Assembly: GCA_031399525.1 (NCBI GenBank) | Contig: JANNOZ010000002.1 | Location: forward strand, 129,897 to 193,896 | Length of the DNA: 64,000 nucleotides | Source: Actinomycetes bacterium | Lineage (GTDB): Bacteria; Actinomycetota; Acidimicrobiia; Acidimicrobiales; CADCSY01 | Direction of reading: 5' to 3' | Part shown: piece by piece, positions 1 through 10,609 of the stretch | How positions within the stretch are numbered: position 1 is the stretch's first letter | Layout: each line of letters opens with the position of its first letter | The notes under the pieces: generated by a model | Database searches by the model: none | Told to the model about the DNA's origin: nothing | The model's input: the letters and a program-made list of their open reading frames with translations, nothing else | Made by a program: the position numbers and the translations under genes

Positions 1-1218
1 ATCGTCAACATTGGCATCGGGGGGTCCGACCTCGGCCCGGCCATGGCGTGTGACGCACTGCGGGCCTACGCCGATCCCCGGTTGACGATCCGATTCGTCT
101 CCAACATCGACGGCGACGAGCTGTGGGAGGCCACCCACGACCTCGACCCGGCCGAGACGCTCTTCGTGGTGTCGTCCAAGACGTTCACCACCATCGAGAC
201 CATCACCAATGCTGCGTCGGCTCGCCGGTGGCTACTCGGCGGTCTCGGTCTGGCCGCCGGAAGCCCAGCTGCCAACAATGCGGTGTCGCGCCATTTCGTG
301 GCCGTGTCGACCAACGTCGGCGCGGTCACCGACTTCGGGATCGACCCGGCAAACATGTTCGGCTTCTGGGATTGGGTCGGCGGGCGATACTCGGTCGACT
401 CGGCCATCGGCCTCTCCCTCATGGTGGCCATCGGACCCGACCAGTTCGGCCAGTTCCTCGGCGGATTCCACACCGTCGACGAGCACATGCGGACCGAACA
501 GTTGGCCACCAACATCCCAGTGCTGCTCGGCCTGCTCGGCGTCTGGTACCGAGAGTTCTTCGGCGCCGAGACCCACGCCGTGCTGCCCTACAGCCACTAC
601 CTGGCCAAGCTTCCGGCCTACCTCCAGCAGCTCGACATGGAGAGCAACGGGAAGTCGGTCCGCCGCGACGGCACGCCGGTCGACGGCCCCACCGGTCCGG
701 TGGTGTGGGGCACCCCGGGCACCAATGGTCAGCACGCCTACTACCAGCTACTGCACCAGGGGACGTCACTGGTGCCGGCCGATCTCATCGGCTTCGCCCA
801 TCCGGCCCACGACCTGGGCGACCACCACGACCTCCTGCTGGCCAACCTCCTGGCCCAGGCCGAAGCGCTGGCCTTCGGCAAGACGGCGGGCGAGGTGGCG
901 GCCGAAGGCACCGACACCGACCTGGTCACCCACCGAACCTTCCCCGGCAACCGGCCGACGACCACGATCCTCGCCCCCACGTTGACCCCCGCGGTGCTGG
1001 GCCAACTCGTTGCCCTGCACGAGCATCGGGTGTTCACCGAAGGCGTGCTCTGGGGCATCAACAGCTTCGACCAGTGGGGCGTCGAGTTGGGCAAGGTCCT
1101 GGCCGGGCGCATCGTCCACGAGCTGACCTCGGATGCTCCGGTACCGGCTGGTCACGATTCGTCGACAGCTCGACTCATCGATCAGCTTCGAGCCGAGCGG
1201 GGGCGGGGCCCAGGGTGA
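1..1218 (+). CDS. pgi: glucose-6-phosphate isomerase, 5' end cut by the window edge
   Basis: Frame 1 is open from nt 1 ([13 protein letters not shown]...) into ORF 43..1218. PGI motifs [24 protein letters not shown] and [15 protein letters not shown]. Stop TGA 1216-1218. Confidence 0.93.
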   Translation: MVNIGIGGSDLGPAMACDALRAYADPRLTIRFVSNIDGDELWEATHDLDPAETLFVVSSKTFTTIETITNAASARRWLLGGLGLAAGSPAANNAVSRHFVAVSTNVGAVTDFGIDPANMFGFWDWVGGRYSVDSAIGLSLMVAIGPDQFGQFLGGFHTVDEHMRTEQLATNIPVLLGLLGVWYREFFGAETHAVLPYSHYLAKLPAYLQQLDMESNGKSVRRDGTPVDGPTGPVVWGTPGTNGQHAYYQLLHQGTSLVPADLIGFAHPAHDLGDHHDLLLANLLAQAEALAFGKTAGEVAAEGTDTDLVTHRTFPGNRPTTTILAPTLTPAVLGQLVALHEHRVFTEGVLWGINSFDQWGVELGKVLAGRIVHELTSDAPVPAGHDSSTARLIDQLRAERGRGPG

Positions 1219-1910
1219 TCGAGCTGGTGGTCCACCCCGACGCCGACTCCGCCGCAGCCGGTGCCGCGGACCACCTGGTTCAGCTGGGCCGGTCGGCCAT
1301 CGAGGCCAGGGGCCGCTTCACGCTGGCCGTCTCGGGAGGCACCACACCGACGGCCATGGTTCGGCTCCTGGCCCACGCCGACCTGGACTGGTCCGCGGTG
1401 CATGTGTTCCAGGTCGACGAGCGAGTGGCGCCGGATGGCGACGCCGACCGCAACGCCACCTCCTTGGCCACGGCGTTGGCCGAGGCGGGTCTGCCCGCCA
1501 CGCAGGTCCACCTCATGGACGTGACCAACCCCGACCTCGATGCTGCCGCGGCGGCATATGGCCGAGAGCTGACGGCCGTCGTCGGTGAGCCCATGGCCCT
1601 CGACGTCGTCCACCTCGGACTGGGCGCCGACGGCCACACGGCATCGTGGCCACCGGGCGATCCCGTGATCGAGGTGACCGACCGCGACGTGGCCGTCGTC
1701 TCTTCCTACCGGGGCCGCCGCCGCCTCACCCTTACGCCACCGGCCGTCAATCGGGCTCGAAACATCGTGTGGCTGGTCACCGGCCCGACCAAGCGCGCTG
1801 CGCTGATCGGGCTGCTCGATGGCGACCCGACCCTGCCGGCCAGTCGAGTCGAGTCGACCCGAGCCGTGCTGCACTGCGACCGGGCCTGCGACCCAGGGCC
1901 GCTGGCCTAG
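1215..1910 (+). CDS. pgl: 6-phosphogluconolactonase
   Basis: C-terminal part of ORF 123..1910. GTG 1215 overlaps the pgi stop (GTGA). Motifs [18 protein letters not shown] and [13 protein letters not shown]. Stop TAG 1908-1910. Confidence 0.85.
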   Translation: MIELVVHPDADSAAAGAADHLVQLGRSAIEARGRFTLAVSGGTTPTAMVRLLAHADLDWSAVHVFQVDERVAPDGDADRNATSLATALAEAGLPATQVHLMDVTNPDLDAAAAAYGRELTAVVGEPMALDVVHLGLGADGHTASWPPGDPVIEVTDRDVAVVSSYRGRRRLTLTPPAVNRARNIVWLVTGPTKRAALIGLLDGDPTLPASRVESTRAVLHCDRACDPGPLA

Positions 1911-1946
1911 CGTCGCCCGGCCACCAGTCAGTCACCGGGAGGAACG

Positions 1947-3902
1947 ATGGAGATCACCACTGCCGCGGTCGAGGTCAGCCTCTCGGCGGGGACCTGGCAC
2001 GCCCACTGGCCGGCCAGCGGGGTCCGGGTCGGACCCATGGTGGCTGGCGCCGAGCTGGCCACGGGCGAGGTCACCAGCGCCGGCGCATCGGGCGAGTGGC
2101 ACCTGATCCCGGCCACGGTCGACGGTCGGGCCGGCACGATGGCCCGCTGGACGCCGACCCGGTCCGACGGTATCGGCGTCGAGCTCCACGTGGCGGACGA
2201 CGGCGGCCTCCTGAGCCTGACCGTGTCGCTGACCCGGGACGCCCGGGTCCGCCGACTGCGACCATTCACCGGCAGCTTGGCCATCCCCGGCACCGGGGCG
2301 GTGAAGAGCCTGGTATCGGGCTACGACTCGTGGGACTACGCCGGTGTGCAGCCGGCGGAGACCGCGGCCCGCACGTGGTGGAGCGGCTTGTGGGTCCGTG
2401 AAGGAGGCGGGGCCGTGGCCGTGCACGCCGCCCCGCCTAAACGCCTGGCCACGTCGTTCTCGACCAGTCAGAACGCCATGCGCACCCTTTCGGTCAACGC
2501 CGTCGCCGGCGGCACTCCAGGTATGTGGATGGAGGGAGGACCAGTCGACGGCACCCCCATGCGTTTCGGCCACGGCGACGGCGAGCCTCTCGACCTCGAC
2601 GCGGCCGACGGCATCACCAGCGAGGCCATTGTCATCGGCACCGGTACCGACCCCCTGACCACACTGGAGACCGTCGCCGCCGCCATCGGCGGTCGTCGCC
2701 CCTGGCCCGAGCCGCCCGTGCACGGGTGGGCCTCGTGGTACCACTTCGGCTCGGCGGTGACGCCCGACGATGTGGTTGCTCACATCGGATACACGCCGCC
2801 CGGGATGCTGGTCCAGATCGATGACGGCTGGCAGATCGCCAACGGCGCCTGGGAAGCCAACGACCGTTTCGCCGCCGTCGGCATGGCCGGACTGGCGCGG
2901 GCCGTCACCGAGGCCGGGCGCCGGCCCGGCCTGTGGTTGGCCCCGTTCCGGGTCGGCGTCGACACCCCCCTGGCCGTCGAGCACCCGGACTGGCTGCTCG
3001 ACGGCGGGTTCGGGCCGATGCCCGAAAAGACCCTCGACGCCTCGCGCCCCGAGGCGCTCGAGTGGCTCCGCCAGCTCGGTCGTCAGGTCCGCTCGTGGGG
3101 TTACACCATGGTCAAGCTGGACTTCCTCGCCGTCGGCGGCGCCGAACGGCCCGATCGTCACGACCCCACGGTCACCGGGACCGCCGCCCTGCGTCGGGGC
3201 CTGGAGGCGATGATCGACGGCCTCGGCCCCGACGTCTACGTGCTGGGCTGCGGCATGCCGCTGGGCCTGGCGCCCGGGTTGGTCCACTCGAACCGCATCG
3301 GGATGGATCTCGACGGCCCGGTGGCCCAGGACTCGTTCCGGCCCTTCCCAGCCGGCGACGTCATGACCGGCATCCGTCCGGTGGCCCGCAACCTGGCCGC
3401 CCGCTGGTTCACCGCCGCCTTCTACGCCCCGGACCCCGACGTGGTGATGGGCTACGCCCCTTGGTACTCGGCGGACCAGACCCGGCTGTTGGCTTCGTTG
3501 GCGGCCATCGGCGGTGGGCCGTACCTGCTCGGCGACGACTTCGACGAGTTGCCCCCCGAACGCCGCGCCATTCTCGAAGACGCTCGCGCGCTGGTTGACG
3601 GGACGCCGTTCCGGCCGCTCGACCTGTTCGACCCAGCCAGCCTGGACACCGGTGGCAACCGGGGCTTCTACGAGCCTGGTGCCGACCCCCCAAGCCTCTG
3701 GCGGTCCGACCGGCCCGACGGCACGGTGGTGCTGGCCGTGTGCAATTGGACCCACGAACCTCGGACCGTGACCATCGAAGTCCCACCGGGGACCACGACG
3801 ATCGGCGACTTCTGGACCGGCACCGAGACCTCGGTCTCGGGGACGACGTTCGAAGTGACGGTCCCGTCCACTGGGATCACTGTCATCCAGGCCCGCCGCT
3901 GA
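1947..3902 (+). CDS. glycoside hydrolase, alpha-galactosidase-like (GH36 / clan GH-D by eye)
   Basis: 651-aa ORF with GGGAGG 4 nt upstream of ATG 1947. Motifs VQIDDGWQ, GLWLAPF and GYTMVKLDFL are typical of melibiase-type barrels. Family not verified by search. Confidence 0.6.
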   Translation: MEITTAAVEVSLSAGTWHAHWPASGVRVGPMVAGAELATGEVTSAGASGEWHLIPATVDGRAGTMARWTPTRSDGIGVELHVADDGGLLSLTVSLTRDARVRRLRPFTGSLAIPGTGAVKSLVSGYDSWDYAGVQPAETAARTWWSGLWVREGGGAVAVHAAPPKRLATSFSTSQNAMRTLSVNAVAGGTPGMWMEGGPVDGTPMRFGHGDGEPLDLDAADGITSEAIVIGTGTDPLTTLETVAAAIGGRRPWPEPPVHGWASWYHFGSAVTPDDVVAHIGYTPPGMLVQIDDGWQIANGAWEANDRFAAVGMAGLARAVTEAGRRPGLWLAPFRVGVDTPLAVEHPDWLLDGGFGPMPEKTLDASRPEALEWLRQLGRQVRSWGYTMVKLDFLAVGGAERPDRHDPTVTGTAALRRGLEAMIDGLGPDVYVLGCGMPLGLAPGLVHSNRIGMDLDGPVAQDSFRPFPAGDVMTGIRPVARNLAARWFTAAFYAPDPDVVMGYAPWYSADQTRLLASLAAIGGGPYLLGDDFDELPPERRAILEDARALVDGTPFRPLDLFDPASLDTGGNRGFYEPGADPPSLWRSDRPDGTVVLAVCNWTHEPRTVTIEVPPGTTTIGDFWTGTETSVSGTTFEVTVPSTGITVIQARR

Positions 3903-3937
3903 CCTCGACCTCCGACCAGTCCGCGAGTGACGACGGC

Positions 3938-4378
3938 TCAGACCACAGAGATGCGGTGCTGGGCCGACCACCGATCGACCCGCTCGCGGTCGGCGGCCAC
4001 CTCGGACTCGATGCCCCGCAGACTGAAGATGGCCGCCCGGCGCCGGCTCTTGGACGACACCGTGGCCGTGCGCCCCCGCCAGCTGATCTGGGTGATCGTC
4101 GACGCCGGCACCACCTTGCCCCGCAACCGCACCGCGTCGTCGAGCACAAGTGGTCGAGGTCGGATGGCATACACGAACAGATAGGCGATGATCGCCGCCT
4201 CGAAGAGCAAGACCCCGCCGAAGATCAGTGATGCCGCGGCGCCACTCGCCCTCGGGCTGACCATGAGCACCACGGCCACGGCCAGCATCCCCGCGGCGAA
4301 CGACAGGCTGGGTCGGGGGGTCCGAACCAAGAGCTCGATGTGTTCACCCGACGTGGGAGGTCGCTTGGCCTTGACCAT
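3938..4378 (-). CDS. hypothetical membrane protein, possibly with a bacterial PH-like C-terminal domain
   Basis: Internal ATG 4378 of ORF 3938..4651; the upstream part of that ORF overlaps the divergent esterase gene. Two hydrophobic helices (LSFAAGMLAVAVVLMV, LIFGGVLLFEAAIIAYLFVYAI) followed by a soluble tail. Confidence 0.45.
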   Translation of the reverse strand: MVKAKRPPTSGEHIELLVRTPRPSLSFAAGMLAVAVVLMVSPRASGAAASLIFGGVLLFEAAIIAYLFVYAIRPRPLVLDDAVRLRGKVVPASTITQISWRGRTATVSSKSRRRAAIFSLRGIESEVAADRERVDRWSAQHRISVV

Positions 4379-4432
4379 GCGCGAAGTCTCCCATCCGGCG
4401 CGCATCTGGCCACCACCAGGCCACACTGGGCC

Positions 4433-5383
4433 ATGCCCCGGCTCTCCTCCACCGCTGCGGCCATCGCGGCGGGGGCGCTCCTCGTCGCCGGGTGCACTGG
4501 CTCGGCCAGCACGGCCGAGCCCACGTCGGCGCCGGGCACCGGCGTGCGTTATGACACCGTCACCGTCGGGGGTCAGGTACGCAGCTACCGGCTCTTCGTG
4601 CCTGATGGCGTGGACGAGTCTCATCCCGCACCGCTCCTCGTACTCATGCACGGGATGGGCTCGTCACCCGAGCGCATCGCCAACGACACGGGCTACGACA
4701 GCCTGGCCCGGCGGGAGGGCGTCGTCGTCGTCTATCCCGCTGGCCTCGACCTTCCAGGCCGGGCCGGAACCGACGTGACCAGCTGGAATGCCGGTGAATG
4801 TTGCGCACCGGCCACCGATGCCGGCATCGACGATGTCGCGTTCGTCGACGCTCTTGTCGACCGGGTCACCAACGAGATCGCCATCGACACCGACCGGATC
4901 TACGCCGCCGGGCACTCCAACGGCGGGATGTTGGCCCAGCGGGTGGCGTGCGCCCTGGCCGACCGCTTCGTCGCCGTCGCGTCGGTGGGTGGCGCGGTTC
5001 CCATTGCGTCGTGCGGGTCGACCACGCCCGTCTCGGTCCTCGAACTGCACGGCAGCGCCGACGAGACCGTGCCCCTCGAGGGGGGCTACGGCAACGGCTG
5101 GGTAGGCGTGTCCTTCCGACCGATTCCCGAGACCATCACGCTCTGGCGCGACGTCGACGGCTGCACCGACCAGGCCGTGCCTCAGATCGAGGGGTCGGTG
5201 CGCACCATCCGGTGGGCCGACTGCCGCGACCAATCGACCGTGGAGCTGCGGGTCATCGTGGGGGCCGACCACGCCTGGCCCGGCCTCTACGTCGAAGTCG
5301 ACAGTGGGACGAGCCCCAACCCGGCGGCCCTGCCCTACGGCACCGAGGCGACCTGGTCGTTCCTCGCAGCTCACCGCCGCTGA
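4433..5383 (+). CDS. secreted lipoprotein esterase, PHB-depolymerase/LpqC-like alpha/beta hydrolase
   Basis: ATG 4433 inside ORF 4340..5383 gives a signal peptide with lipobox LLVAGC. Motif PLLVLMHGMG and nucleophile elbow GHSNGG. Confidence 0.7.
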   Translation: MPRLSSTAAAIAAGALLVAGCTGSASTAEPTSAPGTGVRYDTVTVGGQVRSYRLFVPDGVDESHPAPLLVLMHGMGSSPERIANDTGYDSLARREGVVVVYPAGLDLPGRAGTDVTSWNAGECCAPATDAGIDDVAFVDALVDRVTNEIAIDTDRIYAAGHSNGGMLAQRVACALADRFVAVASVGGAVPIASCGSTTPVSVLELHGSADETVPLEGGYGNGWVGVSFRPIPETITLWRDVDGCTDQAVPQIEGSVRTIRWADCRDQSTVELRVIVGADHAWPGLYVEVDSGTSPNPAALPYGTEATWSFLAAHRR

Positions 5384-5491
5384 GCCAACCCTCGGCGCGG
5401 CGCGGCCGCGGAACCGGATCAACCTCGACCCCCGGAACCAGACGTCTAGCCTCCCGGAGCCTCGCTCGCCTGCCTCGGAGGACCCATACCG

Positions 5492-6709
5492 ATGAACGTG
5501 CACCGCCGTCGCCGATCTCGGACTGTCGCCCTTCTGGTGTTCGTCTCGGCGCTGCTCGCGGCTGCCTGCTCGAGCGAGTCGACACCCGATTCGTCGGGTC
5601 CGACCACGTCGGATACGACCTCGTCGACCATCGCGCCGATCACCACCGTCGAGGGCATGCCTCCGGTCGTCGATCCCTCCAACCTCTACTCCGAGACCGG
5701 ATCCGACGATCTCCAGCCTCAGCTCGCCGACCTCACCCCCCGGGTGTACGTGCCCAACGGGCTGTCCAACACGGTGACGGTGATCGACCCCCGCACCTAC
5801 ACCGTCATCGACACCTTCGAGACGTCGAGCGAGCCGCAGCACATCGTGCCGTCCTACGACCTGAGCACGCTGTGGGTGCTCAACAACCAGGGCTACGACG
5901 TGATCCCGATCGACCCGGTCTCGGGCCAGCCCGGAGCCCAGATCGACGTGGAGGACCCCTACAACCTGTACTTCACTCCCGACGGCAAGGCGGCCATCGT
6001 CGTCGCCGAGGCGTTCGTCCGACTCGACTTCCGTGACCCCAAGACGATGGCCTTCCAGGACAGCCTCGCCGTCCCCGGCTGCGACGGCATCAACCACATC
6101 GACTTTTCCATCGACGGCAGCTACCTGATCGCCACGTGCGAGTTCGCCGGCAAGGTGGCCAAGATCGACTGGCGCAACCGCCAGGTCCTGGGCCTGCTGG
6201 AGTTGTCCGGCGGCAGCACCGGCATGCCCCAGGACGTGCGGGTGTCCCCCGACGGCTCCCACTTCTACGTGGCCAACATGATGGCCGGCGGCGTCCACGT
6301 GCTCGACGGCGAGACCTTCACCGAGATCGGCTTCATCGAGACCGGGGTGGGCGCCCACGGGCTCTACCCCAGCCGCGACGGCACGAAGCTCTACGTGGCC
6401 AACCGGGGCTCGGACACCATCTCGGCCCCGCCCGGGGGCGCCGGGAGCGTCTCGGTCATCGACTTCGCCACCGAGACGGTGGTGGCTGAATGGTCGGTTC
6501 CGGGAGGGGGGAGCCCGGACATGGGCAACGTCAACGCGGACGGGACCGAACTGTGGCTCTCGGGCCGTTACGACAGCGAGGTCTACGTCTTCGACACGGT
6601 CAAGGGCGAGCTCAAGACCCGTATCCCGGTGGGGTCCGGCCCCCATGGATTGACCGTCTGGCCCCAACCCGGCCGGTACTCGCTCGGCCACACAGGCAAC
6701 ATGCGATAA
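5492..6709 (+). CDS. YVTN-type beta-propeller repeat lipoprotein
   Basis: Signal peptide with lipobox LLAAAC. Repeated blade motifs: YFTPDGKAAIV, VSPDGSHFYVAN, PSRDGTKLYVANRGS, NADGTELWLSG. Confidence 0.65.
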   Translation: MNVHRRRRSRTVALLVFVSALLAAACSSESTPDSSGPTTSDTTSSTIAPITTVEGMPPVVDPSNLYSETGSDDLQPQLADLTPRVYVPNGLSNTVTVIDPRTYTVIDTFETSSEPQHIVPSYDLSTLWVLNNQGYDVIPIDPVSGQPGAQIDVEDPYNLYFTPDGKAAIVVAEAFVRLDFRDPKTMAFQDSLAVPGCDGINHIDFSIDGSYLIATCEFAGKVAKIDWRNRQVLGLLELSGGSTGMPQDVRVSPDGSHFYVANMMAGGVHVLDGETFTEIGFIETGVGAHGLYPSRDGTKLYVANRGSDTISAPPGGAGSVSVIDFATETVVAEWSVPGGGSPDMGNVNADGTELWLSGRYDSEVYVFDTVKGELKTRIPVGSGPHGLTVWPQPGRYSLGHTGNMR

Positions 6710-6799
6710 CGCAGTGTGTGCGTTGTACTGACCGTCACGCTGACCCTACGGTGGTCCTCGATCACCTTCGACAGAGGGGTGACAGCTCCGGGGGGTTCC

Positions 6800-8350
6800 A
6801 TGCAGCACCGTTCAGGTTTGACCGCGCTCGGCCGGTTAATCGCCGCCTTTGCCCTCGTCGGGTTGCTGGCGGTGGCGTGCAGCAGCGGTGAGAGCGGCTC
6901 GAGTTCGGACACGACCACGTCGGGCCCCTCGGGCACGCTGCGCATCGGCGTACAACCCCTGCCCGCCAGCCTCGACCCGCAGGCCGGCGTGGGCGACACG
7001 GCTCCCTACGTGCGACCCGTCTTCGAGGGTCTGGTGATCAACATCAACGGCACCTACGAGCCGCTGTTGGCCACCGAATGGTCGACGGAAGGCAACAACT
7101 GGACCTTTACGTTGCGCGAAGGCGTCACGTTCACCGATGACACGCCGTTCGACGCCGACGTGGTCGTGGCCAACCTCGAACGCAACGAGAGCATCCATGC
7201 GTCGAAGGCCACCAACAACCGCTGGCTCGACGCCATCGATTCGGTCACCGCCACCGACCAGTACACGGTCACCTTCACCCTGAACGAGCCGTTCCCGAAC
7301 TTCCTGCTCAATGCCAGCACCCAGACCGGGATGATGATGAGCCCCAAGAGCTTCGATGATCCCGATGTCGATCAGAAGCCGGTCGGCACCGGCCCGTGGC
7401 AGCTCGACTCGGCGGCCACCACCATCGGCTCGAAGTACGTGTACACGCTCAACGACGACTACTGGGATCCGTCGGTTCAGGGGGTCGAGAGGGTCGAGGT
7501 CTCCTACCTGGGCGAGCCGTCGGCTCGCAGCAACGCCCTGCGCAGTGGGGAGATCGACTTCGCGGTGTTGCCCGCCGAGCTGGTGAGCACCCTCAGCACC
7601 GAACAGTTCGGCCGGGTGAGTACCGCCACCAACAGCTACACGATGCTCGTGCAAGACCGCGATGGTGTGTCGGTGGCCGCTCTGGGCAATCAGAAGGTCC
7701 GTCAGGCGTTGGCCTACTCCCTTGATCGGGACGCATTCGTGGGCAGCGTGTTGGCCGGTTTGGGCTCTCCGTCAGCCCAGATCGTCGGAAGCCAGACCTC
7801 TGGGTACCTCGAAGAGCTCAACGAAGAGTTCGAGTTCGACACCAACAAGGCCAAGGCGCTCCTCGCCGAAGCGGGCTATGCCGACGGCTTCACGTTCGAC
7901 ACCTATGCCGCGGCCGACACGCTGAACTTCGTGACGGCCTACCAGGGCTTCTTCGACGACATCGGGGTGACGATGAACATCCAACAGGTCGATCAGTCCA
8001 CCTACATCTCGAGCTTCGTCACCACCGAGAACCCGGTCATCTTCGCCCCCTTCCCGCTGGCCAGCTCGGAACCCTCGCTCGGGTTGGGCTTCCTCAAGGA
8101 GGGCGCGACCAACCCCTTCAACGTGGTGGACCCCCAGGTCGTCGCTCTGACCGACGAAGCCGCCACCATCTCCGACCCGGCCGAACGCACCCCGATCAAC
8201 GAGGAGCTCAACCGGCTCGTCACCGTGCAGGGTTGGTACATCACCGCGGCGATCGGCGACAACATCTGCGTCACCACCAAGGAGGTGACCGGCGTGGTCT
8301 GGGGTTCGGACCCCTCGCCCTACCCGCAGGGCGTCCGGCTGAACGGCTGA
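6800..8350 (+). CDS. ABC transporter substrate-binding lipoprotein, family 5 (peptide/nickel type)
   Basis: ATG 6800 inside ORF 6716..8350 gives a signal peptide with lipobox LLAVAC. Size and motifs (FTLREGVTFTDDTPFDADVV, GTGPWQLDS, YTLNDDYWD) fit SBP_bac_5. No permease or ATPase genes are adjacent. Confidence 0.75.
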   Translation: MQHRSGLTALGRLIAAFALVGLLAVACSSGESGSSSDTTTSGPSGTLRIGVQPLPASLDPQAGVGDTAPYVRPVFEGLVININGTYEPLLATEWSTEGNNWTFTLREGVTFTDDTPFDADVVVANLERNESIHASKATNNRWLDAIDSVTATDQYTVTFTLNEPFPNFLLNASTQTGMMMSPKSFDDPDVDQKPVGTGPWQLDSAATTIGSKYVYTLNDDYWDPSVQGVERVEVSYLGEPSARSNALRSGEIDFAVLPAELVSTLSTEQFGRVSTATNSYTMLVQDRDGVSVAALGNQKVRQALAYSLDRDAFVGSVLAGLGSPSAQIVGSQTSGYLEELNEEFEFDTNKAKALLAEAGYADGFTFDTYAAADTLNFVTAYQGFFDDIGVTMNIQQVDQSTYISSFVTTENPVIFAPFPLASSEPSLGLGFLKEGATNPFNVVDPQVVALTDEAATISDPAERTPINEELNRLVTVQGWYITAAIGDNICVTTKEVTGVVWGSDPSPYPQGVRLNG

Positions 8351-8378
8351 CGACCGCAACCCGGCGACTCCACGCGGC

Positions 8379-8939
8379 TCACTGGGGGGACCCGGTTCCC
8401 CCGGTGCAGACCGCGCCGGGCTCCGGGGTCTGAGGACCCTGACGGAAGGCTTCGATGAACTTGTCGAGGCGGGGGTCGTCGGCACTGTCGAGGGCGAGTT
8501 GCCTACCCCACGCGCTGATGACCACGGGGGAGGTCAACCCTGGATAGGGCGAGGCCAAGATGAACGTCTTGTCGTTGGCCTTGTTCTTGATCGACGACAC
8601 TTGGTCCTTGGGGAGATCGAGCGAATAGGTGATCCACACGGCACCGTGTTCGAGGGAGTGGACCCCGTTTTCACTGGCGATCGGTTCGTCGTAGAACCCG
8701 CAGTTCTGCCAGACCGGGTTGTGGTCGCCTCCGAGCGGTGGGCTCTGGGCATAGTTGACCGTTCCGTCGACGTGGTTCTGGCTCAACCCGTTCACCGACA
8801 CCAGCCCGTCGAGGGAGACGTCGTCGTCGTCGCTGCTCGAATCGCCGCCTCCGCATGCCGTGAGGAGTGCCACCGCCACAGCGATCAGGGCGTACCGGGC
8901 CGCGCCAGGTGAGCGTTCGGTGAAGATTCGTCGGAGCAC
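8379..8939 (-). CDS. DUF3105-like secreted lipoprotein
   Basis: Lipobox LLTAC. Motifs PPLGGDHNPVWQNCGFY and HSLEHGAVWITY as I recall them for DUF3105. Confidence 0.55.
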   Translation of the reverse strand: MLRRIFTERSPGAARYALIAVAVALLTACGGGDSSSDDDDVSLDGLVSVNGLSQNHVDGTVNYAQSPPLGGDHNPVWQNCGFYDEPIASENGVHSLEHGAVWITYSLDLPKDQVSSIKNKANDKTFILASPYPGLTSPVVISAWGRQLALDSADDPRLDKFIEAFRQGPQTPEPGAVCTGGTGSPQ

Positions 8940-8979
8940 GGTGACCTCTCAGTTCGGGGGGTCTGAGGCGACGGAGCGC

Positions 8980-9744
8980 CTAGGTGTCGAGGAGATCCTG
9001 CACGCGACGGGCCGCCAACCCGCGGTCGTGCAGGTAGGCCACCATGGGTTCCAACGCCTCGATGGTGCCCTCATGATCGAAGTGGAGACTCACGATGGAT
9101 CCGTTGGTGACCCCAGCATTGACTCGCTCGACCACCACCGACGCTCCCGGGTCCTGGTAGTCGAGCGGGTCGACGTCGTAGCCCACCGAGGTGGGGTAGC
9201 CAGCGCGACCCGCCTCCTCGAGGATGAGGTCGGTCGGCACGTCCATACCCGAGGCCCGGAACCATCGGGTCGGACTACCGGTGACCTCGGACAGTGCGTG
9301 GGCACAGCGGACGATCTCGTCGGCCACCGCCGAGCGCTCGAGTTGGCCCAGCGACGGGTGGGTGAAGGTGTGGTTGGCCAGCTCGTGACCGTCGGCCAGC
9401 ATGCGCTCGGCCACTGACCGGTTGTCCTCCAACCAGGTACCCACCATGAACACCGTCAGGGGCACCGAGAGACGGGCGGCCTCGTCGAGCAGCCGCGACG
9501 CCATGGCCGGATCACCGTTGCAATGGAAGGTGAGAGCCACCCCGGGCGACGAGCGGTTGCCATTGGTTACGAAGCGCGCCGGCCCACCATCGACCGGCCC
9601 AGCCACCGAGGTCGAGGTCGACGGGGATCCGGAGACCGGCGTAGTGGCCTTCGCTCGGTCACCATTCGACGAGCCCGGCGCGCACGCGGCCAGCAGCGAG
9701 GCGGCGCCGGCCGCGAGCAGCGACCGGCGGGCGAGGGGCTTCAC
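8980..9744 (-). CDS. polysaccharide deacetylase (NodB-type) lipoprotein
   Basis: Lipobox LLAAC. NodB-like motifs LTFHCNGD and ELANHTFTHP. 254 aa. Confidence 0.75.
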   Translation of the reverse strand: MKPLARRSLLAAGAASLLAACAPGSSNGDRAKATTPVSGSPSTSTSVAGPVDGGPARFVTNGNRSSPGVALTFHCNGDPAMASRLLDEAARLSVPLTVFMVGTWLEDNRSVAERMLADGHELANHTFTHPSLGQLERSAVADEIVRCAHALSEVTGSPTRWFRASGMDVPTDLILEEAGRAGYPTSVGYDVDPLDYQDPGASVVVERVNAGVTNGSIVSLHFDHEGTIEALEPMVAYLHDRGLAARRVQDLLDT

Positions 9745-9775
9745 GGGTTCGCGACCATAGAGGGACGAGGCGGTG

Positions 9776-10600
9776 TCATCGACGCAGGGTGCACGCCTCC
9801 CAGCCCTCCAACTCGAACATCCGCTCGACCCGCAGGGCTGGGTACCACCTGGCCACGCTGGCCCACTGGCCAGCGAGCAAGCCGCTGACGACGAGCGCTC
9901 CGGTGCTGGACAGCGCGGTGGACAAGGCCCCGGCGAGATCCCGCAGCGTGGGCGCCACCAGGTTGGCCACCACCAAGTCGAAGCTCCCGGCCGGCACCTC
10001 CTCGACGACGGTCACCGCGTCGGCCAGGCCGGCAGCGCGGGCGTTGGCCTCGGTGGACCGGCGAGCCTCAGCGTCGGTGTCGACGGCGACGATGGGACCG
10101 GCGCCGAGCAGCCCGGCCGCCACTGAGAGGACACCACTGCCGCTACCGACGTCGAGCACCGAGCTTCCGGGCGCGACGAGGCGGTCGATCTCACCGAGCA
10201 CCAACCGGGTCGTGGGATGAGCGCCGCTCCCAAATGACCGTCCGGCGTCGACCTCGACGACCACCACTCCTGGAGCCGGGTCGGGACGGGGATGGCCGGC
10301 CCCGACAACGAGTAGTCGACCGATCCGGACCCCGGAGGGGCCCACCGGGGCGCTCATGACCCAGCGCTCCTCCGTGCCGGCGACGAGTACGCCCCGGCCC
10401 AGCGCGATGATCGCCGCCTCGGCGTCGGCGGCTGTCTCGAAGCCGGCAAGGAAGTTGTCGCCACCTTCGACCACGGCCGTGGCCCCCAGCCCCCACAGGG
10501 CGCCAGCGGTCACCTCGGCGTCGAAAGGATCACCAGGATCGAACTCGACCCGCACGGCGGCGCCAGCATCGGGCACTCGTCCAGGGTGCCACCGCGGCAC
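9776..10600 (-). CDS. prmA: ribosomal protein L11 methyltransferase-like SAM-dependent methyltransferase
   Basis: Last 275 codons of ORF 9776..11017. Motif FGSGAHPTTRL, SAM motif VLDVGSGSGVLS, and DLVVANL. Start GTG 10600 (alternative GTG 10576) chosen because the upstream ORF part overlaps the plus-strand genes at 10610-11222. Confidence 0.7.
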   Translation of the reverse strand: MPRWHPGRVPDAGAAVRVEFDPGDPFDAEVTAGALWGLGATAVVEGGDNFLAGFETAADAEAAIIALGRGVLVAGTEERWVMSAPVGPSGVRIGRLLVVGAGHPRPDPAPGVVVVEVDAGRSFGSGAHPTTRLVLGEIDRLVAPGSSVLDVGSGSGVLSVAAGLLGAGPIVAVDTDAEARRSTEANARAAGLADAVTVVEEVPAGSFDLVVANLVAPTLRDLAGALSTALSSTGALVVSGLLAGQWASVARWYPALRVERMFELEGWEACTLRR

Positions 10601-10609
10601 ACTGTCGCC

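Noticed and set aside
1932-3971. 679-aa minus-strand ORF covering the whole glycoside hydrolase gene
   Set aside because: Arg/Gly/Pro-rich low-complexity translation with no motif. Exactly antisense to a gene with clear catalytic motifs and an RBS. Typical high-GC shadow ORF.
4664-6691. 675-aa minus-strand ORF antisense to the esterase and beta-propeller genes
   Set aside because: Same reasoning: it spans two well-supported plus-strand genes and their intergenic gap, and its composition is GC-driven (G, R, D, V, A).
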